A stretch of DNA of 63,959 nucleotides, counting the filler, from Chiloscyllium plagiosum (lineage: Eukaryota), in assembly GCF_004010195.1 (NCBI RefSeq). It is 5 parts of 2 records of this genome, joined end to end, with 100 filler letters (N's around TTAATTAATTAA, not from the genome) between each part and the next. Parts side by side here need not be neighbours in the genome. Positions count along the whole stretch, not along the records: positions 61,125 to 63,959 come from NC_057717.1; 4 more parts are not named here. One strand, written 5' to 3'. The notes under the pieces were generated by a model, which was not told the origin of the DNA, did no database searches, and worked only from the letters and a program-made list of their open reading frames with translations. Position 1 is the first letter of the stretch. The number at the start of each line of letters is the position of its first letter. This document shows, piece by piece, positions 63,030-63,959 of this stretch. A program made the position numbers and the translations under genes.

Positions 63030-63480
63030 TTGCATCCCTATCGGAGGAGGTATATGAAGAGTATAAGAAGGTGAATAAAGCCATCCGAATTGCATATGAG
63101 CTTGTGCCAGAAGCCTACAGACAGTGTTTCAAGACTCTAAAAAAGGTCCCTGGTTAAACGTACATTGAGTTTGACAGAATCAAACAAAGTAACTTTGAAA
63201 GGTGGGTAAAGATATTGAAAAGAGAGAAAATCTATGACACTCTTAGAGAAATTCTTATTTCGAAGGAGTTCAAACATTCATTTCCTGCAATAGTGAGAAC
63301 TCGTGTAGCAGAGCAGAGAGTTACAATGGCAAGATTACAAGGTGAAATGGGTGATTATTTTGAATTTATCCACAAATCACAGTCTGGATTTCCTGACGGA
63401 TTGAGAAGAGTCTGTGAGATCTTTTTAAAATGTATACCTGTGAGAGTAAGTTTTACTGGCTTAGGTCACGAGTAGCAGGT
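63030..63480 (+). mobile_element. Degenerate Gypsy (Gmr1-like) gag capsid/SCAN-like fragment
   Basis: YELVPEAYRQCFKTLKKVPG*TYIEFDRIKQSNFERWV / YDTLREILISKEFKHSFPAIVRTRVAEQRV; contains a stop and a frameshift. Confidence 0.8.
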
Positions 63481-63959
63481 AAAGCGGTTACAGCATTAAG
63501 AGGTAAAGAAACGTGTAATTCGTTTATGCTGAGACGTGAGGAGAAATGTCATTGAGAAGGACTATTGGAGAGATGAGAAGTGCTCCATTATGTAACATAT
63601 GGTTGGAGTGTCCGGTGAATCCATCAACAGAAATATTTCACAATTGGGAAGGAGACTTTGAGCTTGGTGTAGTTGACAACATTTCAGAATTTAAATTGCC
63701 AAAAACGCGTCTGAGACGAATCTCTATACTGATCATAACGCCGAAACGTTTTAGAGGAATTTAGGGAGAAAACTTCTAGTCTGTTCAATTTGGAAGTTAT
63801 ACAGGTGACTGGACGGGTAGCTGTACTTGCTGACAAGTTGTCGATACTTGGATGAAGAAAAACAGAGGCATTCTGTGGCAGGAGTAAACTGGCTGAAATA
63901 GAATGGAGTTCTCAATGTTTGCATGCTTAGTGTCAATGTCATATATAAGTATTATAGAT

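Overview
This is vertebrate genomic DNA, very probably from a shark or ray, judged from HE1-type tRNA SINEs and shark-type CR1 and Penelope families. Most of the window is nested, decayed retroelements: CR1 LINEs in several subfamilies, tRNA-derived SINEs, Penelope-like elements (PLEs) with hammerhead-ribozyme-bearing short derivatives, and Gypsy/Gmr1 LTR remnants. Four short coding exons of XRCC5 (Ku80) lie on the minus strand and are not recovered as Ku80 by the ORF track: 53526-53709, 44780-44842, 22382-22451 and 8564-8673, equivalent to human exons 3, 10, 16 and 17 (numbering from memory). A candidate ATG exon lies at 61907-62017. The exon-3 donor is a perfect U12 (minor spliceosome) GTATCCTTT site. 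The window is five contigs joined by artificial 100-bp N/TTAATTAATTAA spacers, which probably explains the missing exons. The most striking non-host signal is a family of short, often palindromic, TSD-flanked elements carrying minimal hammerhead cores (CUGANGA-stemII-GAAACGUC), derived from PLE 3' termini. Most ORFs in the track are retroelement fragments or their antisense shadows.
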